A stretch of 64,000 nt of DNA from Bradymonadia bacterium. Lineage in GTDB: Bacteria; Myxococcota_A; Bradymonadia; UBA7976; UBA1532. Positions 46,588 through 60,208 of the stretch are shown here, in pieces. The number at the start of each line of letters is the position of its first letter. The first letter of the stretch is position 1. Below the pieces are notes generated by a model. It had not been told where the DNA came from and ran no database searches. It saw only the letters and a program-made list of their open reading frames with translations. The position numbers and the translations under genes were made by a program. Where the stretch lies: positions 1 to 64,000 of the forward strand of contig JBKAGE010000042.1 in the NCBI GenBank assembly GCA_046290225.1, written 5' to 3'.

Positions 46588-49319
46588 CAGATCTTGTCGA
46601 AGGGGCGCTCCGAGGGCTTCTCGCCGTCGAAGCTGAGCAGCACGCCCTTGTCGTTGCGCTGGCTGGCGATGTGCACCGGGCGCTTCCAGACCTTGTAGAT
46701 GTTGGCCAGTGTGTCCCGGGCATAGTTCTCGTCGAGGTCGACCCCCTCGAACCGGTGACGCAGCAGCAGCTCCGATCGGTTCTCGAAGTTGGCGTCGTAC
46801 ACCTCGATGAAGGGGTTGCCCATGTTGGTGAGCTGGGTGAGCAGCTTCTGCTTCACCTGCTGGAACTCCCGAGAGGCGATCTGCCACTCGTCGGCTTTGC
46901 GGTTGAAGGCGAAGGTGAACATCTTCTGCTCGGCGCAGAACTCCGGGGTGAGGAACTCGTCGAGGAAGGTGATGTCGTTGTGATGACGGCGCACCTCGAA
47001 GATCTTCTCGAGCCCCTTGCCGGTCTTGCGATCCCAGTTGGCCCGCTCGGCCATGTCATCGCAGTTGTCGTAGTCCCAGCCATACTGGCCCTTGTCCCAC
47101 CGCTCCTCGATGTGACGGAACAGCTCGATGCCCACCTTATAGGGGTTGATGCCCCCGGGCCGCATGGCCATGGTGCCGGCGTGACGATCGGCGAAGTCGA
47201 TGACCTCGGAGTCGTCCATGATGTGCTGGGTCATCATCTTGGAGTGCCAGTACGAGTTGTGATTGATGAGGCCCCCAGCGGCATACCGGTGGGTGTCAGT
47301 GACCGAGATGTCATACACATCCTCGCGCCCCTCGGTGAGCGCCACCACCTCATCGAACCAGCGCTCAGCCTTGAACCACTTGCGATCGGAGACATAGGCC
47401 TCAAGGGCTGTCTGCTTGCGCTCCAGGCCGAATCCGATGCGCTCGGCGAAGGTCTTCGCTGAGGCCCCGGTCACGTGCACGTGCCAGCAACCATCTTTCT
47501 GACGGCGGCGGCGATTCAGGATGCCGTAGTTGAGCAGCAGCAGTTGCACCTGCTCGGCCATCTTGTCGCTGACCGTGCTCAAGATGACGCCCTGCTTGCC
47601 AGCGTAGCCGTCACAATCGAAGAGGGCCCGCAAGAACGCCCGCACCACTGGCTCAGGGGAGCGCAGCACGGCGTCGGGCACCTTCTTCTCGTGGGCGCTG
47701 GGGCCTTCGGTCATGCCCAGGCCCTGTGTGAGGAAGTCGGAGACCGTCTCTGCGTGCAACAGCACCCGCCACCGGTTGCCGTCGAGGCGCTGCGTGGGGG
47801 TCACCCCGAAGAGCGACTCGGCGAGTTCAAAGAAGCGCCGCGCTTGGGGCTCGTCCCCTGTCGTCAGGCCCAGGTGGCGCTTGCGGCGGCTGATGTGGCC
47901 GTCGCCGGCGAGGTAGCCCAAGAAGGCCCCGAGAGCCTCGTCGAGTACCCCAGGGATGTACACGCCCCCACGGCGGTTGAGGCTCTTCGCCGAGGCAAAG
48001 GTTTGGGCGGTGTCGTAGGCCTGCAGGGCCGCTTCGATGGAGTGTGCCTTGCGAGTGCTCTTGCCAGCGCGATGACGTAGGACAGTCCAGACCGAGACCC
48101 CAGCCTCGTCTGCCACGTCGTGCAGTGTCACCGACTCTGGGGGCAGCCAGTCGATCTGCACCGGCTCGGTGGCCCACATATCACCACCACCAGAGATGGC
48201 AATGCGGTCGCCCACCTTCAGCTCGTCGAGGCGCTTCCACGTCTCGTTGTCGTCGAGCAACACACGGTGGTTGTTCGAGCCGCACAGCTCCAGGCCACGG
48301 CGGGTGGTCACGGTGACCGTGTCGTGATCGGGGATGATGTTGCGATCGTAGACCTGCTGACGCTTCTCGCCGTCAAAGACCTCACCGGCACCGCGCTCGA
48401 CGAGGTGGGCCATCTCCACCATGCCCTGATCAGTGAAGACATAGGTGCCCGCGCGCACGCAGGCCCAGCCTTCGTTCATGATCTTGGTCATGCCCTGAGG
48501 CGCGAAGTAGTAGGCCTCTTCCCGAATCATGCCCAGCACGTTGCGCTGCCAGCGGGTGAGGGGGGCGTGCTCCATGAGGAACATCATGATGTCCCGTTGG
48601 GGCTCTTTGGGGAACCGTGGGGGCTGCTCCGCCTCTTTCTTGGCCTTCTCGCGCTGGGCCTTCACATAGTCTTCGGGGTTGATGAAGTCATCCATGTACT
48701 CCTTGGCTTTCAGCCGGGGCACATCGGGATCACCCACCAGCTCGTCGGGCAGATCAGTGGGGCGCTCCTCTTCGGTTCGGCTCGCCTTACGCTTGATGTA
48801 GGGGGCGTGCAGATCGATGAGGTTCTCGAGGGAGAGGGCCACGTCGATGAACTCTTCGACGTTGGTCTGGCCGAAGTGATCCTGATACCGCCGGATGCGG
48901 GTGGCGTGGTTGGCCATCACGTCGAGCATTTTGCGGTTCGTCTGGCTGAACCAGTAGTTGTTCTTGAAGAAGTCGCCGTGGCCGAAGACGTGGGCCATGA
49001 CCATCTTCTGATCGACGAGCTCGTTGCCTTCGAGCAGGTAGGCGTAGGTCGGATCAGTGTTGATGACCAGCTCGTAGATCTTCGACAGGCCGTACGCATA
49101 CGACTTCGACATGCGCTCGTATTCCATGCCGAAGCGCCAGTGGGGGTACCGCACAGGGAACCCGCCATAGGCAGCGATCTCGTTCATCTTGTCATAGGTG
49201 ATCACCTCGAAGATGGTCTCGAAGAAGTCGAGGTTCATCTCTCGGGCGAGGGCTTCGATCTTGCGGTTCCAGACCCGCAGCTCGTCGTCGAGGGGTCGCA
49301 CCTTCATGTACTGAATCAT
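46587..49319 (-). CDS. spoVR: SpoVR-family protein containing an intein
   Basis: [35 protein letters not shown]|intein|SYWH, NPYKVG. Confidence 0.93.
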   Translation of the reverse strand: MIQYMKVRPLDDELRVWNRKIEALAREMNLDFFETIFEVITYDKMNEIAAYGGFPVRYPHWRFGMEYERMSKSYAYGLSKIYELVINTDPTYAYLLEGNELVDQKMVMAHVFGHGDFFKNNYWFSQTNRKMLDVMANHATRIRRYQDHFGQTNVEEFIDVALSLENLIDLHAPYIKRKASRTEEERPTDLPDELVGDPDVPRLKAKEYMDDFINPEDYVKAQREKAKKEAEQPPRFPKEPQRDIMMFLMEHAPLTRWQRNVLGMIREEAYYFAPQGMTKIMNEGWACVRAGTYVFTDQGMVEMAHLVERGAGEVFDGEKRQQVYDRNIIPDHDTVTVTTRRGLELCGSNNHRVLLDDNETWKRLDELKVGDRIAISGGGDMWATEPVQIDWLPPESVTLHDVADEAGVSVWTVLRHRAGKSTRKAHSIEAALQAYDTAQTFASAKSLNRRGGVYIPGVLDEALGAFLGYLAGDGHISRRKRHLGLTTGDEPQARRFFELAESLFGVTPTQRLDGNRWRVLLHAETVSDFLTQGLGMTEGPSAHEKKVPDAVLRSPEPVVRAFLRALFDCDGYAGKQGVILSTVSDKMAEQVQLLLLNYGILNRRRRQKDGCWHVHVTGASAKTFAERIGFGLERKQTALEAYVSDRKWFKAERWFDEVVALTEGREDVYDISVTDTHRYAAGGLINHNSYWHSKMMTQHIMDDSEVIDFADRHAGTMAMRPGGINPYKVGIELFRHIEERWDKGQYGWDYDNCDDMAERANWDRKTGKGLEKIFEVRRHHNDITFLDEFLTPEFCAEQKMFTFAFNRKADEWQIASREFQQVKQKLLTQLTNMGNPFIEVYDANFENRSELLLRHRFEGVDLDENYARDTLANIYKVWKRPVHIASQRNDKGVLLSFDGEKPSERPFDKI
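47256..48461 (-). mobile_element. Intein (402 aa) with LAGLIDADG homing endonuclease
   Basis: Starts CVRAGT, block [16 protein letters not shown] and [10 protein letters not shown], block F VYDISV, ends INHN before Ser; excision restores NEGWA-SYWH. Confidence 0.95.
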
Positions 49320-50434
49320 CGGCCCGCTCCCAGGAACTCTTTGATCGACCCCACGATGGCGTCTTTGTCTTTGATTTCAGAGACCACGACGTTCTCGTTG
49401 GCGTCGCTGCCCTTGAGGAAGTGCTCGCGGATGTCCTTGATGAACTGGCCCGACCCGTATGGGCTCTCGACCTGGCCATAACTGAACTGATTGGCCACAG
49501 GGATGATCTCGTCTCGCAGCAGCCGGATGCACAGGCCGGTGTCATCCACGGACCAGTTGTCACCGTCGCTGAAGTGGAACGGGTAGATGTTCCAGTCGGC
49601 GGCGGGGTAGTCGTCTTTGATGATCTGCGCCGCGAGCTTGTAGGCGCTGCTGATCATGGTGCCGCCGGACTCGCGGGTGTGGAAGAACGTATGCTCGTCG
49701 ACCTCGCGGGCGGTGGCGTCGTGGATGATGTACCGGGTCTCGAGGCCCTTGTACTGGCTCTGCAGCCACGCGTTGATCCAGAAAGACTCGATGCGCACGA
49801 TCTCTTTCTGCTCGTCGCCCATCGAGCCGGAAACATCCATCATGTAGATGATGACCGCGTTGGCCTCGGGGCTGCTCACCGTGCTCCACGAGCGGTAGCG
49901 CATGTCTTCCTTGATGGGGATGATCATGGGCCGTTTGGGGTCGTAGCGCCCCATGGCGATGGTGCGCTTGAGGGCCGCCTTGTAGGTACGCTTGAAATGC
50001 CGCAGCGAGTCGGGCCCCACAGGGCGGATGCCGGTGTAGCGATCGCGCTCGGTGACCACCTGTTTGGCGCCCCGGGGCTCGATCTTCGGGAGCTGCAGCT
50101 CTTCACCGAGCAGCTCGGCGAGCTCGTCGAGGGTGACGTCGACCTCGAGGGCCTTGTCGCCTTCGCCCTCGCCGGCCTCGCCCTGCCCCGGCTGCTCCTC
50201 GCCGTCGCCAAGGCTCTGGCCCACTTCGCCATCGCCCTGGCCAACGCCGCCGCCGCCCTGACCCTTGCTCCCGAACTTGAAGCGGGGGGTGTCGATCTGA
50301 GGCACGGGGATCGACACCTTGTCTTTGCCCTGCTTCCCGATCAGCTCTCCCCGGGAGATGTACTTCTTCAGATTCGACCGGATCTTGCCCCGGACGATCT
50401 GCCTGAACCGGCTGTGATCTGTCTTGATCGACAT
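49316..50434 (-). CDS. YeaH/YhbH (DUF444) family protein
   Basis: [39 protein letters not shown]. Confidence 0.93.
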   Translation of the reverse strand: MSIKTDHSRFRQIVRGKIRSNLKKYISRGELIGKQGKDKVSIPVPQIDTPRFKFGSKGQGGGGVGQGDGEVGQSLGDGEEQPGQGEAGEGEGDKALEVDVTLDELAELLGEELQLPKIEPRGAKQVVTERDRYTGIRPVGPDSLRHFKRTYKAALKRTIAMGRYDPKRPMIIPIKEDMRYRSWSTVSSPEANAVIIYMMDVSGSMGDEQKEIVRIESFWINAWLQSQYKGLETRYIIHDATAREVDEHTFFHTRESGGTMISSAYKLAAQIIKDDYPAADWNIYPFHFSDGDNWSVDDTGLCIRLLRDEIIPVANQFSYGQVESPYGSGQFIKDIREHFLKGSDANENVVVSEIKDKDAIVGSIKEFLGAGR

Positions 50435-50505
50435 GAGAATTCCTCAGGTCAGGCCCAGGCGGGCGAGGGGCCCCCTGAGCGGTGGGGAGAGGTGATCGGG
50501 GCAGA

Positions 50506-52554
<2,049 letters not shown>

Positions 52555-52889
52555 CTTTGCTCCTAAGACTTGGGTTTTTCAGCGCCCGTCAAGGTGTTGA
52601 CGACAGCCCATGAAGGCACCTTATCCACACGTTGAGACCAACACAATGTCTCGCCGCTTTCATTCTGCCTTCGGAAGGAGAGTCCGAAGGGCTTGACCTT
52701 ATCTATGGATGCCGGCCCCCCCAGCTCAGGGCTCAACAGTCCACTTCGAAGGTCGTGATCTGACCTCTTGCACGGCCTGCGACGGTTCCCTATAGTGCGC
52801 CGGCTTATTTCCCGGCCTGACGTGTGGTTCAGGCGCACTGGCTGACAGCATTTCTGACCAGCTCAGCCTCCTGACAAGCGGTAGCGATC

Positions 52890-54566
52890 ATGAGCGAGCG
52901 CCCTGAGTCGAACTCTGCCCCCGAAGACAACCAGACCCCCCAGACTGCCGAGCAGCCTGTAGACGGTCAGTCTTCTGATGTGAACCCCACCGTCGAGGTG
53001 TCCGAGGCTGCCCCCGCAGCGGAGGCGCCTGCTGCAGAAGCACCTGCAGCAGAAGCGCCCGCTGAGGAAGCACCTGCCGCCGCCGCACCCCAGGTGCGTG
53101 CAGCGACAGAGGCCGAAGCCCCCGCCGCTGAAGCAGCCCCCGCCCCGGCACACCACCGGGTCACCGAGGCCAGCCTCAACGCCCGCACCCCCAAGGTGGG
53201 CGATTCGGTCCAGGGCCGCATCGTCAAGATCACCGGGAACGTGGCCTTCGTGGACTACGGCGGCAAGAGCGAGGGCTACATCGAGCTCTCCGAGCTGCGC
53301 GACGAAGAGAACAACCTCACCCTGAACGAGGGCGACAACGTCGAGGCCGAGGTCGTCGACGTGCGCGGCGCCGTGCGGCTGAGCCGCAAGCGCATCATGG
53401 CCAACGCCGGCCGTCACCTCGTGGAAGAGGCCTTCAAGAGCGGCAGCACCGTCACCGGCACCGTCACCGGCACCAACAAGGGCGGTTACGAGGTGCGCGT
53501 GCACGGCATGCGGGCTTTCTGCCCCGCCAGCCAGATCGCCGAGCACTTCGTCAAAGATCAGCTCTCGATGGTCAACAAGGACTTCGAGTTCCTGATCACC
53601 GACTTCGGCAACGGCGGCCGCAACCTCGTGGTGTCGCGCCGCAAGCTGCTCGAGGCCAGCAAGGCCGCCCGCAAAGAGAAGATCAAGGCCGAGCTGGAGC
53701 ACCGCATCAAGGTCGGTGATCACCTGCAGGGCCGCGTCACCGAGATCAAGGATTACGGCGCCTTCGTCGACCTCGGCGGTGGCATCGAGGGCATGATCCA
53801 CGTCTCGGAGATCTCCCACGAGCGCGTGGGCCACCCCCGCGAGAAGCTCAACAAGGGCGACGCCGTCGAGGTGAAGGTCATCCGCGTCGAGCCCGCCAAG
53901 GGCCGCGTGGCCCTGAGCATCAAGGCGCTCCAGGGTGACCCTTGGACCACCTTCGCCAAGAGCCTCGAGCTCGGCCAGGCCCTCACCGGCGAGGTCGTGC
54001 GCATGCAGCCCTTCGGCGCTTTCGTGCGCCTCGCCCCCGGCGTCGACGGCCTGCTCCACGTGTCGGCCATCAAGGCCACCGAGCGCGTGGGCCACCCCAA
54101 CGAGGTCCTCAAAGAGGGTACGAGCATCGACGTGCAGGTCGAGAAGATCGAGCTCGACAAGAAGCGCATCGGCCTGTGCACCCCCGAGGTGTACGCCGCC
54201 CGTCACACCCCCATCGAGGGGGTCGAGGTCGGCGCCAACATCAAGGGCAAGGTGGTCAAGATCGAGAAGTTCGGTGTGTTCCTCGAGATCAAAGAGGGCG
54301 TCACCGGCCTCATCCCCAACGTGGAGATGGGCACCGATCGCGGCACTGATCACAGCAAGCGCTTCCCCGTGGGCACCGAGATCGAGGTGAAGATCCTCGA
54401 GGTCGACAAATCCCGCAAGCGCATCCGCCTGTCTCGCAAGGCCCTCACCGACGACTCGGAGCGCGGCGCCTACGTCGAGTACAAGAAGGCCCAGAAGAAC
54501 GAGCCCCCCAAGAGCCTCGGCACCTTCGGCGACCTGCTCAAGGCCCACCTTGAGGGCCAGAAGTAA
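52890..54566 (+). CDS. Ribosomal protein S1-like protein (five S1 repeats)
   Basis: Five S1 motifs (e.g. DYGAFVDLG..GMIHVSEIS, PFGAFV..DGLLHVS); AAEAP low-complexity N-terminus; ends LGTFGDLL. Confidence 0.9.
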   Translation: MSERPESNSAPEDNQTPQTAEQPVDGQSSDVNPTVEVSEAAPAAEAPAAEAPAAEAPAEEAPAAAAPQVRAATEAEAPAAEAAPAPAHHRVTEASLNARTPKVGDSVQGRIVKITGNVAFVDYGGKSEGYIELSELRDEENNLTLNEGDNVEAEVVDVRGAVRLSRKRIMANAGRHLVEEAFKSGSTVTGTVTGTNKGGYEVRVHGMRAFCPASQIAEHFVKDQLSMVNKDFEFLITDFGNGGRNLVVSRRKLLEASKAARKEKIKAELEHRIKVGDHLQGRVTEIKDYGAFVDLGGGIEGMIHVSEISHERVGHPREKLNKGDAVEVKVIRVEPAKGRVALSIKALQGDPWTTFAKSLELGQALTGEVVRMQPFGAFVRLAPGVDGLLHVSAIKATERVGHPNEVLKEGTSIDVQVEKIELDKKRIGLCTPEVYAARHTPIEGVEVGANIKGKVVKIEKFGVFLEIKEGVTGLIPNVEMGTDRGTDHSKRFPVGTEIEVKILEVDKSRKRIRLSRKALTDDSERGAYVEYKKAQKNEPPKSLGTFGDLLKAHLEGQK

Positions 54567-54645
54567 GGCGGCCAGTCAGGCTGGCCATCAGGCCACCCCC
54601 TCCCCCACTGGTACCCGGGCCCCGCGCCCGGTACCGTAGCTCTCC

Positions 54646-55653
54646 ATGTACGCTCACCTGCTCACGTTGTGTTGTCTGCTCCTCTGGGGCACCGCCTCGG
54701 GCGCCCCTTCTGATCACATTCAGCGGCGTGAGGCGGTCCTCATGGGCACCCCCTTCCGCATCTCGGTCTCGGGGGCATCCGCCGAGCAGGTCGACGCCGC
54801 GGCCCACGCCGCCTTCAGCGAGATCGCCCGCATCGAACTGTTGATGAGCGAGTGGCGCCCGGACTCGGAGCTCAGCGCCGTCAACGACAGCGCCGGTGAT
54901 CACCCCGTGAAGGTGAGCGCCGAGACCTTCGCCGTGGTGCACGAGGCCGTAAAGCTCGCCGAGATGAGCGGTGGCGCCTTCGATCCCACCTGGGCGGCGC
55001 TGCGCGGGCTCTGGGACTTCCAGACGAAGCCCCCGAAGCTGCCCACGGCCGAGGCCATCGCTGGCCGCTTGAAGCGGGTGGGCTGGCAGAAGGTGAAGCT
55101 CGACGCCAAGGCCTCGACGGTGTTCCTTGCCGAGCCGGGTATGGCCCTGGGCCTCGGTGGCATCGCCAAGGGGTACGCCATCGACCGCGCCGCTGACATC
55201 ATGAAGCGCCACGGGCTCGAGCGGTTCATCGTCGACGGTGGGGGCGATCTGTACGTCTCGGGGGTGAAGCTCTCCGGCCAGCCCTGGACGCTGGGTGTGC
55301 AGAGCCCACGTACTCCGGGCAAGCTCATCGCCACCCTGCCCCTCACCGACGCCGCCATGGTGACCAGCGGGGATTACGAGCGCTTCTTCGTGCTCGACGG
55401 GGTGCGATATCACCACATCATCGATTTGCGTACGGGACACCCGGCGCAGCTGAGCCAGTCGGTCACGGTGCGGGCGAGCAAGGCCATGATGGCCGACGCC
55501 TTGTCCACGGCCATCTTCGTGCTCGGGCCCGAGGCAGGCATCGCCCTGGCAAAGAAGCTGCCTGGTGTCGAAGCGGCGGTGGTGGGCGCCAATGGTGCCA
55601 TCTCCACCACGCCGGCCCTCGCCGAGGCGTTCGATCCGCGGAAACGCCGTTGA
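54646..55653 (+). CDS. apbE: FAD:protein FMN transferase
   Basis: MGT, AFDPT, LGGIAKGYAID, GGD, TSGDYER, HHIID.RTG.P, ADALST. Confidence 0.93.
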   Translation: MYAHLLTLCCLLLWGTASGAPSDHIQRREAVLMGTPFRISVSGASAEQVDAAAHAAFSEIARIELLMSEWRPDSELSAVNDSAGDHPVKVSAETFAVVHEAVKLAEMSGGAFDPTWAALRGLWDFQTKPPKLPTAEAIAGRLKRVGWQKVKLDAKASTVFLAEPGMALGLGGIAKGYAIDRAADIMKRHGLERFIVDGGGDLYVSGVKLSGQPWTLGVQSPRTPGKLIATLPLTDAAMVTSGDYERFFVLDGVRYHHIIDLRTGHPAQLSQSVTVRASKAMMADALSTAIFVLGPEAGIALAKKLPGVEAAVVGANGAISTTPALAEAFDPRKRR

Positions 55654-57563
55654 AGCGTTGGGGGCTGCTGGCCTTCGCCGCTCTGCTGATCGGCGCTCTG
55701 CCCTGGCTGCCCGTGGACGAGTCCACAGTCCGACATCACACCGTCAGTCGTGAGGTGAGAGGGGCCCTGGCCCAGATGTCTCTCCTCATGGAGGCGCACA
55801 CGCCACTCACGCTGAATGCCTCTCCCAAAGACGCCGAGTCTGCTCGTAAGGTGGTCGACGCCCGCAGAGTCGATGACACCGAGGTGGGTGATCCTGTGGA
55901 GATCACCATCACCGACGTCGGTGACGATCGGGTCAAGGTGAAGGTGTCCCGAGGCGACAAGACCCAGACCACCACCCCCCGACTCGGTGACTGGCGTGGT
56001 GTGATCCCTCCGCTGGTTGCGCTGCTCCTGGCGGTGATCTTCCGACGGGTGATCCCCGCGCTCTTCATCGCGATCTGGGCGGGGGTCTGGGCAGGCCGTG
56101 GGGGCGATCCGTTCACGGCGCTGTGGGCGGTCTTCAGCGAGACCATCGCCCCAGTGCTCCAGCAATCGTTCAGCCTCTACATTCTGGGCTTCACCCTGGC
56201 GTTGGTGGGCATGATCTCGGTGGTGAGCCGGATAGGCGGCACCCGGGGCCTCGTCGACGCGCTGTCTGGTCTCGCCAAGGGGCCCCGCAGCACCCAGGCG
56301 GTGACGGGCCTCATGGGGCTGACTCTGTTCTTCGACGATTACGCCAACACAGTGGTGGTGGGCACCACTGCCCGCGGCCTCACGGACAGCCGCCGCATCA
56401 GCCGCGAGAAGCTGGCCTACATCGTCGACTCCACGAGCGCCCCGGTGGCCGGGGTGGCCATCGTGAGCACCTGGATCGGATACGAGGTGGGCCTCTTCGA
56501 CAGCATGGGTCCGGAGCTGCTCGGGGTGCCGGGCCTGCCCCAGGGCGGATATGCCATCTTCTTCGAGATCCTGGCGATGCGGTTCTACTGCCTCTTCGCC
56601 CTGGCGCTGGTCTTTTGCACCGCCTTCACCGGGCGAGATCTCGGCGCGATGTACCACGCCGAGCGCCGGGCGCGTCGCGGTGATGGGGTCCGCCCGGCCA
56701 CCCAGGAGCCCGTAGCGGAGATGCCCACAGAACTCAAGGCCGGGGTGAAGCCCAAGGCCCGCAACGCGGTGATCCCCCTGGGGGTGGTGCTGGTGCTCAT
56801 CGGCGTGGGGCTGGCCCAGGCCGGGGGCGGAGCCATCGAGGGTGACTTCGAGTTCGGCAGCCTGGATCACTGGCGGAAGCTGTTCTCCGCGGCGAGCTTC
56901 GAAATGCCCGGGGTGCTGCTGCGCTCAGCTCTGGTGGGCAGCGTCGTGGCCCTGGTGCTGGCCATGGGTCAACGCATTCTGGGCCCCCTCGAAGCCCTCA
57001 AAGCCTATGGTCAGGGGGTACGCACTCTGGCCCCTGCGGCGGCGGTGTTGATCCTGGCATGGTCCATCAAGGCGGTCTGCGATGATTTGAGCACGGGGCT
57101 AACCCTGGTGGCCCTCGTAGAGGCCTACCTGCCGGTGGTGATCCTGCCTCTGGCGGTGTTCCTGCTCTCGGGGCTGGTGGCCTTCGCCACCGGGACCTCG
57201 TGGGGTACCATGGCCCTGATGCTCCCCGTGGCGGTGCCATTGTCCATCGCCCTCTCTGGAGAAGGTCCCGTCGTGCTCGCCTGCCTCGCCGCAGTGCTCG
57301 ATGGTGCCATCTGGGGAGATCACTGCTCTCCGATCTCCGACACCACCGTGCTCTCCTCCACAGCCTCTGGCTGCCCTCACCTCGCCCACGTGCGCACGCA
57401 GATCCCGTACGCCACCCTGGCGATGATGGTGGCCGGTGGCGTGGGCTATCTGGGGACCGGCGCTGGTCTACCTGTGTTGTGGGCGCTGCCCCTCGGGGTG
57501 ATGTTGATGGTGGCCGGGCTCTACATCTTCGGACGCTCTGCAGATCAACCGGTGCGCGAATGA
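55650..57563 (+). CDS. Na+/H+ antiporter NhaC-family protein
   Basis: FFDDYAN, SREKLAYIVDSTSAP, ATGTSWGT, GDHCSPISDTT, HVRTQIPY. Confidence 0.92.
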   Translation: MKRWGLLAFAALLIGALPWLPVDESTVRHHTVSREVRGALAQMSLLMEAHTPLTLNASPKDAESARKVVDARRVDDTEVGDPVEITITDVGDDRVKVKVSRGDKTQTTTPRLGDWRGVIPPLVALLLAVIFRRVIPALFIAIWAGVWAGRGGDPFTALWAVFSETIAPVLQQSFSLYILGFTLALVGMISVVSRIGGTRGLVDALSGLAKGPRSTQAVTGLMGLTLFFDDYANTVVVGTTARGLTDSRRISREKLAYIVDSTSAPVAGVAIVSTWIGYEVGLFDSMGPELLGVPGLPQGGYAIFFEILAMRFYCLFALALVFCTAFTGRDLGAMYHAERRARRGDGVRPATQEPVAEMPTELKAGVKPKARNAVIPLGVVLVLIGVGLAQAGGGAIEGDFEFGSLDHWRKLFSAASFEMPGVLLRSALVGSVVALVLAMGQRILGPLEALKAYGQGVRTLAPAAAVLILAWSIKAVCDDLSTGLTLVALVEAYLPVVILPLAVFLLSGLVAFATGTSWGTMALMLPVAVPLSIALSGEGPVVLACLAAVLDGAIWGDHCSPISDTTVLSSTASGCPHLAHVRTQIPYATLAMMVAGGVGYLGTGAGLPVLWALPLGVMLMVAGLYIFGRSADQPVRE

Positions 57564-57643
57564 CCCTGCTGCTGGCCGGATTTTCAACTTCTCATGCGAC
57601 CAAGCCGTAAGGAGGGGTTGGATTCTCAGCAGGAGCATGCCGG

Positions 57644-60115
57644 TTGGCTTACGTGCCACCACAGAGTCAGGTACAGGGGAGAAGGGTCCCCTTCGCGATG
57701 AGGCTCACCCTCTTCGCCACGTGCCTGATCGGCATCGCCGTGATTGTGCCCTCAGTGCTGCTGTATCAGCACAGCCAGACCGCCCTGAAAGACGAAACAG
57801 CAGCCCGACTCAAGGCTGTGGTCACCTCAGCGGCCACCTTCTTCAATGACGCACACCATCACATCTCTCAAGCTGACGACGGCGAGCTTTCGGACGAAGA
57901 GGTCGCCGAAGCGCTGAGAAGCCTGTTGCAAGAGGTTCAAACCGAGAACCAGCTCGAAACCCCGCTCTATACGCTGAGGCCTGCCGAAGATTACGCCGAG
58001 CGCAGCACCCTGGAGTGGGTGCTGATGAGCGAGCCCGACGAGACCGGGCGCTACTACGTCGGGCATACAGCCCGCGCCCGGCCTCATCAGCGCGCCGCTC
58101 TCGACGGGCACCCCACCGTCAGCGAGATCTACACCTCGAATGATCGACAATGGCTCTCTGCAGCTGCTCCCATCTTCGACAGCGAGGGCCATGTGGTGGG
58201 CATTCTACAGGCCGACACCACCGCTGACGCGATACAGGCCCAAGGCCTCGCTCAGGCGGGCCGGATGGTCTCGGCGGGACTGATGGCGATCTTGCTGGCA
58301 GCGCTGCTCGCCTCGCTCCTGGCCCGTACCGTGGTTCGACCCATCGAGCGCCTCGTGGAAGCTACCCGCATGATCGGTAAGGGCCGGCTGGATCACCGGC
58401 TGCCCATCGAGCGCAACGACGAGCTCGGCGATCTCGCTGACGGCTTCAACACCATGGCCGCCAAGCTGCAGATCCGCGATCGACAGCTGGCCCGCGCCCG
58501 AGACGAGGCCCTCGCGGCGAGCCGCTCGAAAGAAGCGTTCCTGGCCAACATGAGCCATGAGATCAGAACGCCGATGAACGGCATCATCGGCATGGCCGAG
58601 CTTCTGGCCAGCGGCCCTCTACAGGCAGAGCAGAGAGATCAAGCGAACACCGTGATCAGGTGCGCAGAGTCCCTGCTGGCGATCCTCAACGACGTGCTCG
58701 ATTTCTCCAAGCTCGAGGCGGGCAAGGTGGGGCTGACCCCTGAAGTCTTTGATCCGCTCCTGCTGGTGGAAGACGTCGCCGATCTGCTGGCGCCGGAGGC
58801 CTGGAAGCAGGGCCTGATGCTCTTCGTACACGTGGAGGCCGACGTGCCCCGATGGGTGCACGGGGATCCGACGCGTATTCGGCAGGTGTTGACCAACATC
58901 GTGGCCAACGCGCTCAAGTTCACCTCTGAGGGGCATGTTCACCTTCGAGTGTCGCGCATCGACGACGAGTGGTTGCGCTTCGAGGTGCAAGACACCGGCA
59001 TCGGGATCCCACCAGAGAAGATCGCCAGCATCTTCGAGCGCTTCGAGCAAGCTGATCAGGAGACGAGCCGCCGCTTTGGTGGCACAGGCCTCGGCCTGGC
59101 GATTTGCCGCCGCCTCATCTGGCTGATGCACGGTGAGATCTCGGTGAGCAGTCAGGAAGGAGAAGGCTCTCGCTTCTGGTTCGAGCTGCCCCTCCCACCG
59201 GCGCCGACGCCTGATGAATTGACCCTCCCGACGACGGAGGAGCGCTGGATCATGGTGGTCCATCCTGATCCCAACCCCCGAGCTGCGCTGGCGGCTCACT
59301 GCCAGCGCATCGGCTTCACACCGATTCAAGCAGAGAGCGCCGAGGTGGCGGCCCAGGTGCGCGCTCGAGGCACCCAATTGCACGGCCCACCCCACGCGAC
59401 CCTGATGTCCACGAGTCTGCTCTCCGACGCCCAGGACGACTGGCCAGAGCGCATCGTGGCGCTCTCTGACGAGGGCCCGAAATCTGGTGTACTCGGCGTC
59501 GAGGGGGGACTCTGGCTGCATTTCCCCATTCGACTGGAGCGCCTGCGTCGGGTTCTGGGCTCGAGCGAGGCCGGCCTGGTGGAGCAGCTCACGATGCCCG
59601 AGCAGTCCACCCTGCCCGTCGTGGAGGCGTTGTCGGCCATGCACGTGCCCGATGACAGCACCCCCCACATGCTCACGATGCTCGTGGTGGACGACAACCC
59701 GGTAAACCGCCGGGTGGTGACCCGCATGCTGAATCGGATGGGCTGTGATGTGCTCGAGGCGTCCAACGGTCAAGAGGCCATCGATCGGGTGCTCGAAGAT
59801 CCAGAGGCCCTCGATCTGGTCTTGATGGATTGCCAGATGCCCGAAATGGACGGCTTCGAGGCCACCCGTCAGATCCGGGCAGCCCTCGCCCGCCTCAACG
59901 TGCAGCTGCCCATCCTCGCCCTCACGGCGAACGCCATGGCCTCCGACCGCAGCCGCTGCCTCGAGGCAGGGATGGACGACCACCTGGCCAAGCCCGTGCG
60001 CAAGACGCAAATTGCCGACGCCATTCAACGCTGGTGCCTCTCGCCTGAAAACAGAGAGCCCCCCATGGCTGAGCCAGAGCCTCTCATGGGTCAAGCCACA
60101 CCCGGTCTCCACTGA
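57644..60115 (+). CDS. Hybrid sensor histidine kinase/response regulator
   Basis: Two TM helices, HAMP, FLANMSHEIRTPMNG, NALKFT, DTGIGI, GGTGLGL, REC (VDDN, LMDCQMP, KP). Start may be 57698. Confidence 0.95.
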   Translation: MAYVPPQSQVQGRRVPFAMRLTLFATCLIGIAVIVPSVLLYQHSQTALKDETAARLKAVVTSAATFFNDAHHHISQADDGELSDEEVAEALRSLLQEVQTENQLETPLYTLRPAEDYAERSTLEWVLMSEPDETGRYYVGHTARARPHQRAALDGHPTVSEIYTSNDRQWLSAAAPIFDSEGHVVGILQADTTADAIQAQGLAQAGRMVSAGLMAILLAALLASLLARTVVRPIERLVEATRMIGKGRLDHRLPIERNDELGDLADGFNTMAAKLQIRDRQLARARDEALAASRSKEAFLANMSHEIRTPMNGIIGMAELLASGPLQAEQRDQANTVIRCAESLLAILNDVLDFSKLEAGKVGLTPEVFDPLLLVEDVADLLAPEAWKQGLMLFVHVEADVPRWVHGDPTRIRQVLTNIVANALKFTSEGHVHLRVSRIDDEWLRFEVQDTGIGIPPEKIASIFERFEQADQETSRRFGGTGLGLAICRRLIWLMHGEISVSSQEGEGSRFWFELPLPPAPTPDELTLPTTEERWIMVVHPDPNPRAALAAHCQRIGFTPIQAESAEVAAQVRARGTQLHGPPHATLMSTSLLSDAQDDWPERIVALSDEGPKSGVLGVEGGLWLHFPIRLERLRRVLGSSEAGLVEQLTMPEQSTLPVVEALSAMHVPDDSTPHMLTMLVVDDNPVNRRVVTRMLNRMGCDVLEASNGQEAIDRVLEDPEALDLVLMDCQMPEMDGFEATRQIRAALARLNVQLPILALTANAMASDRSRCLEAGMDDHLAKPVRKTQIADAIQRWCLSPENREPPMAEPEPLMGQATPGLH

Positions 60116-60208
60116 TCTCAGGCTCTGCTGAGCGCCGCTCGCAGTCCTCTTCGTCTCATCTACGATTTTCGGGCATCATGGCGTCGACGAACGACTCACT
60201 GGCGCGCC

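Noticed and set aside
54646..57563. apbE-nhaC pair as a flavinylation/electron-transfer system
   Set aside because: No FMN-binding substrate gene or nqr/rnf genes nearby; adjacency alone is weak evidence.
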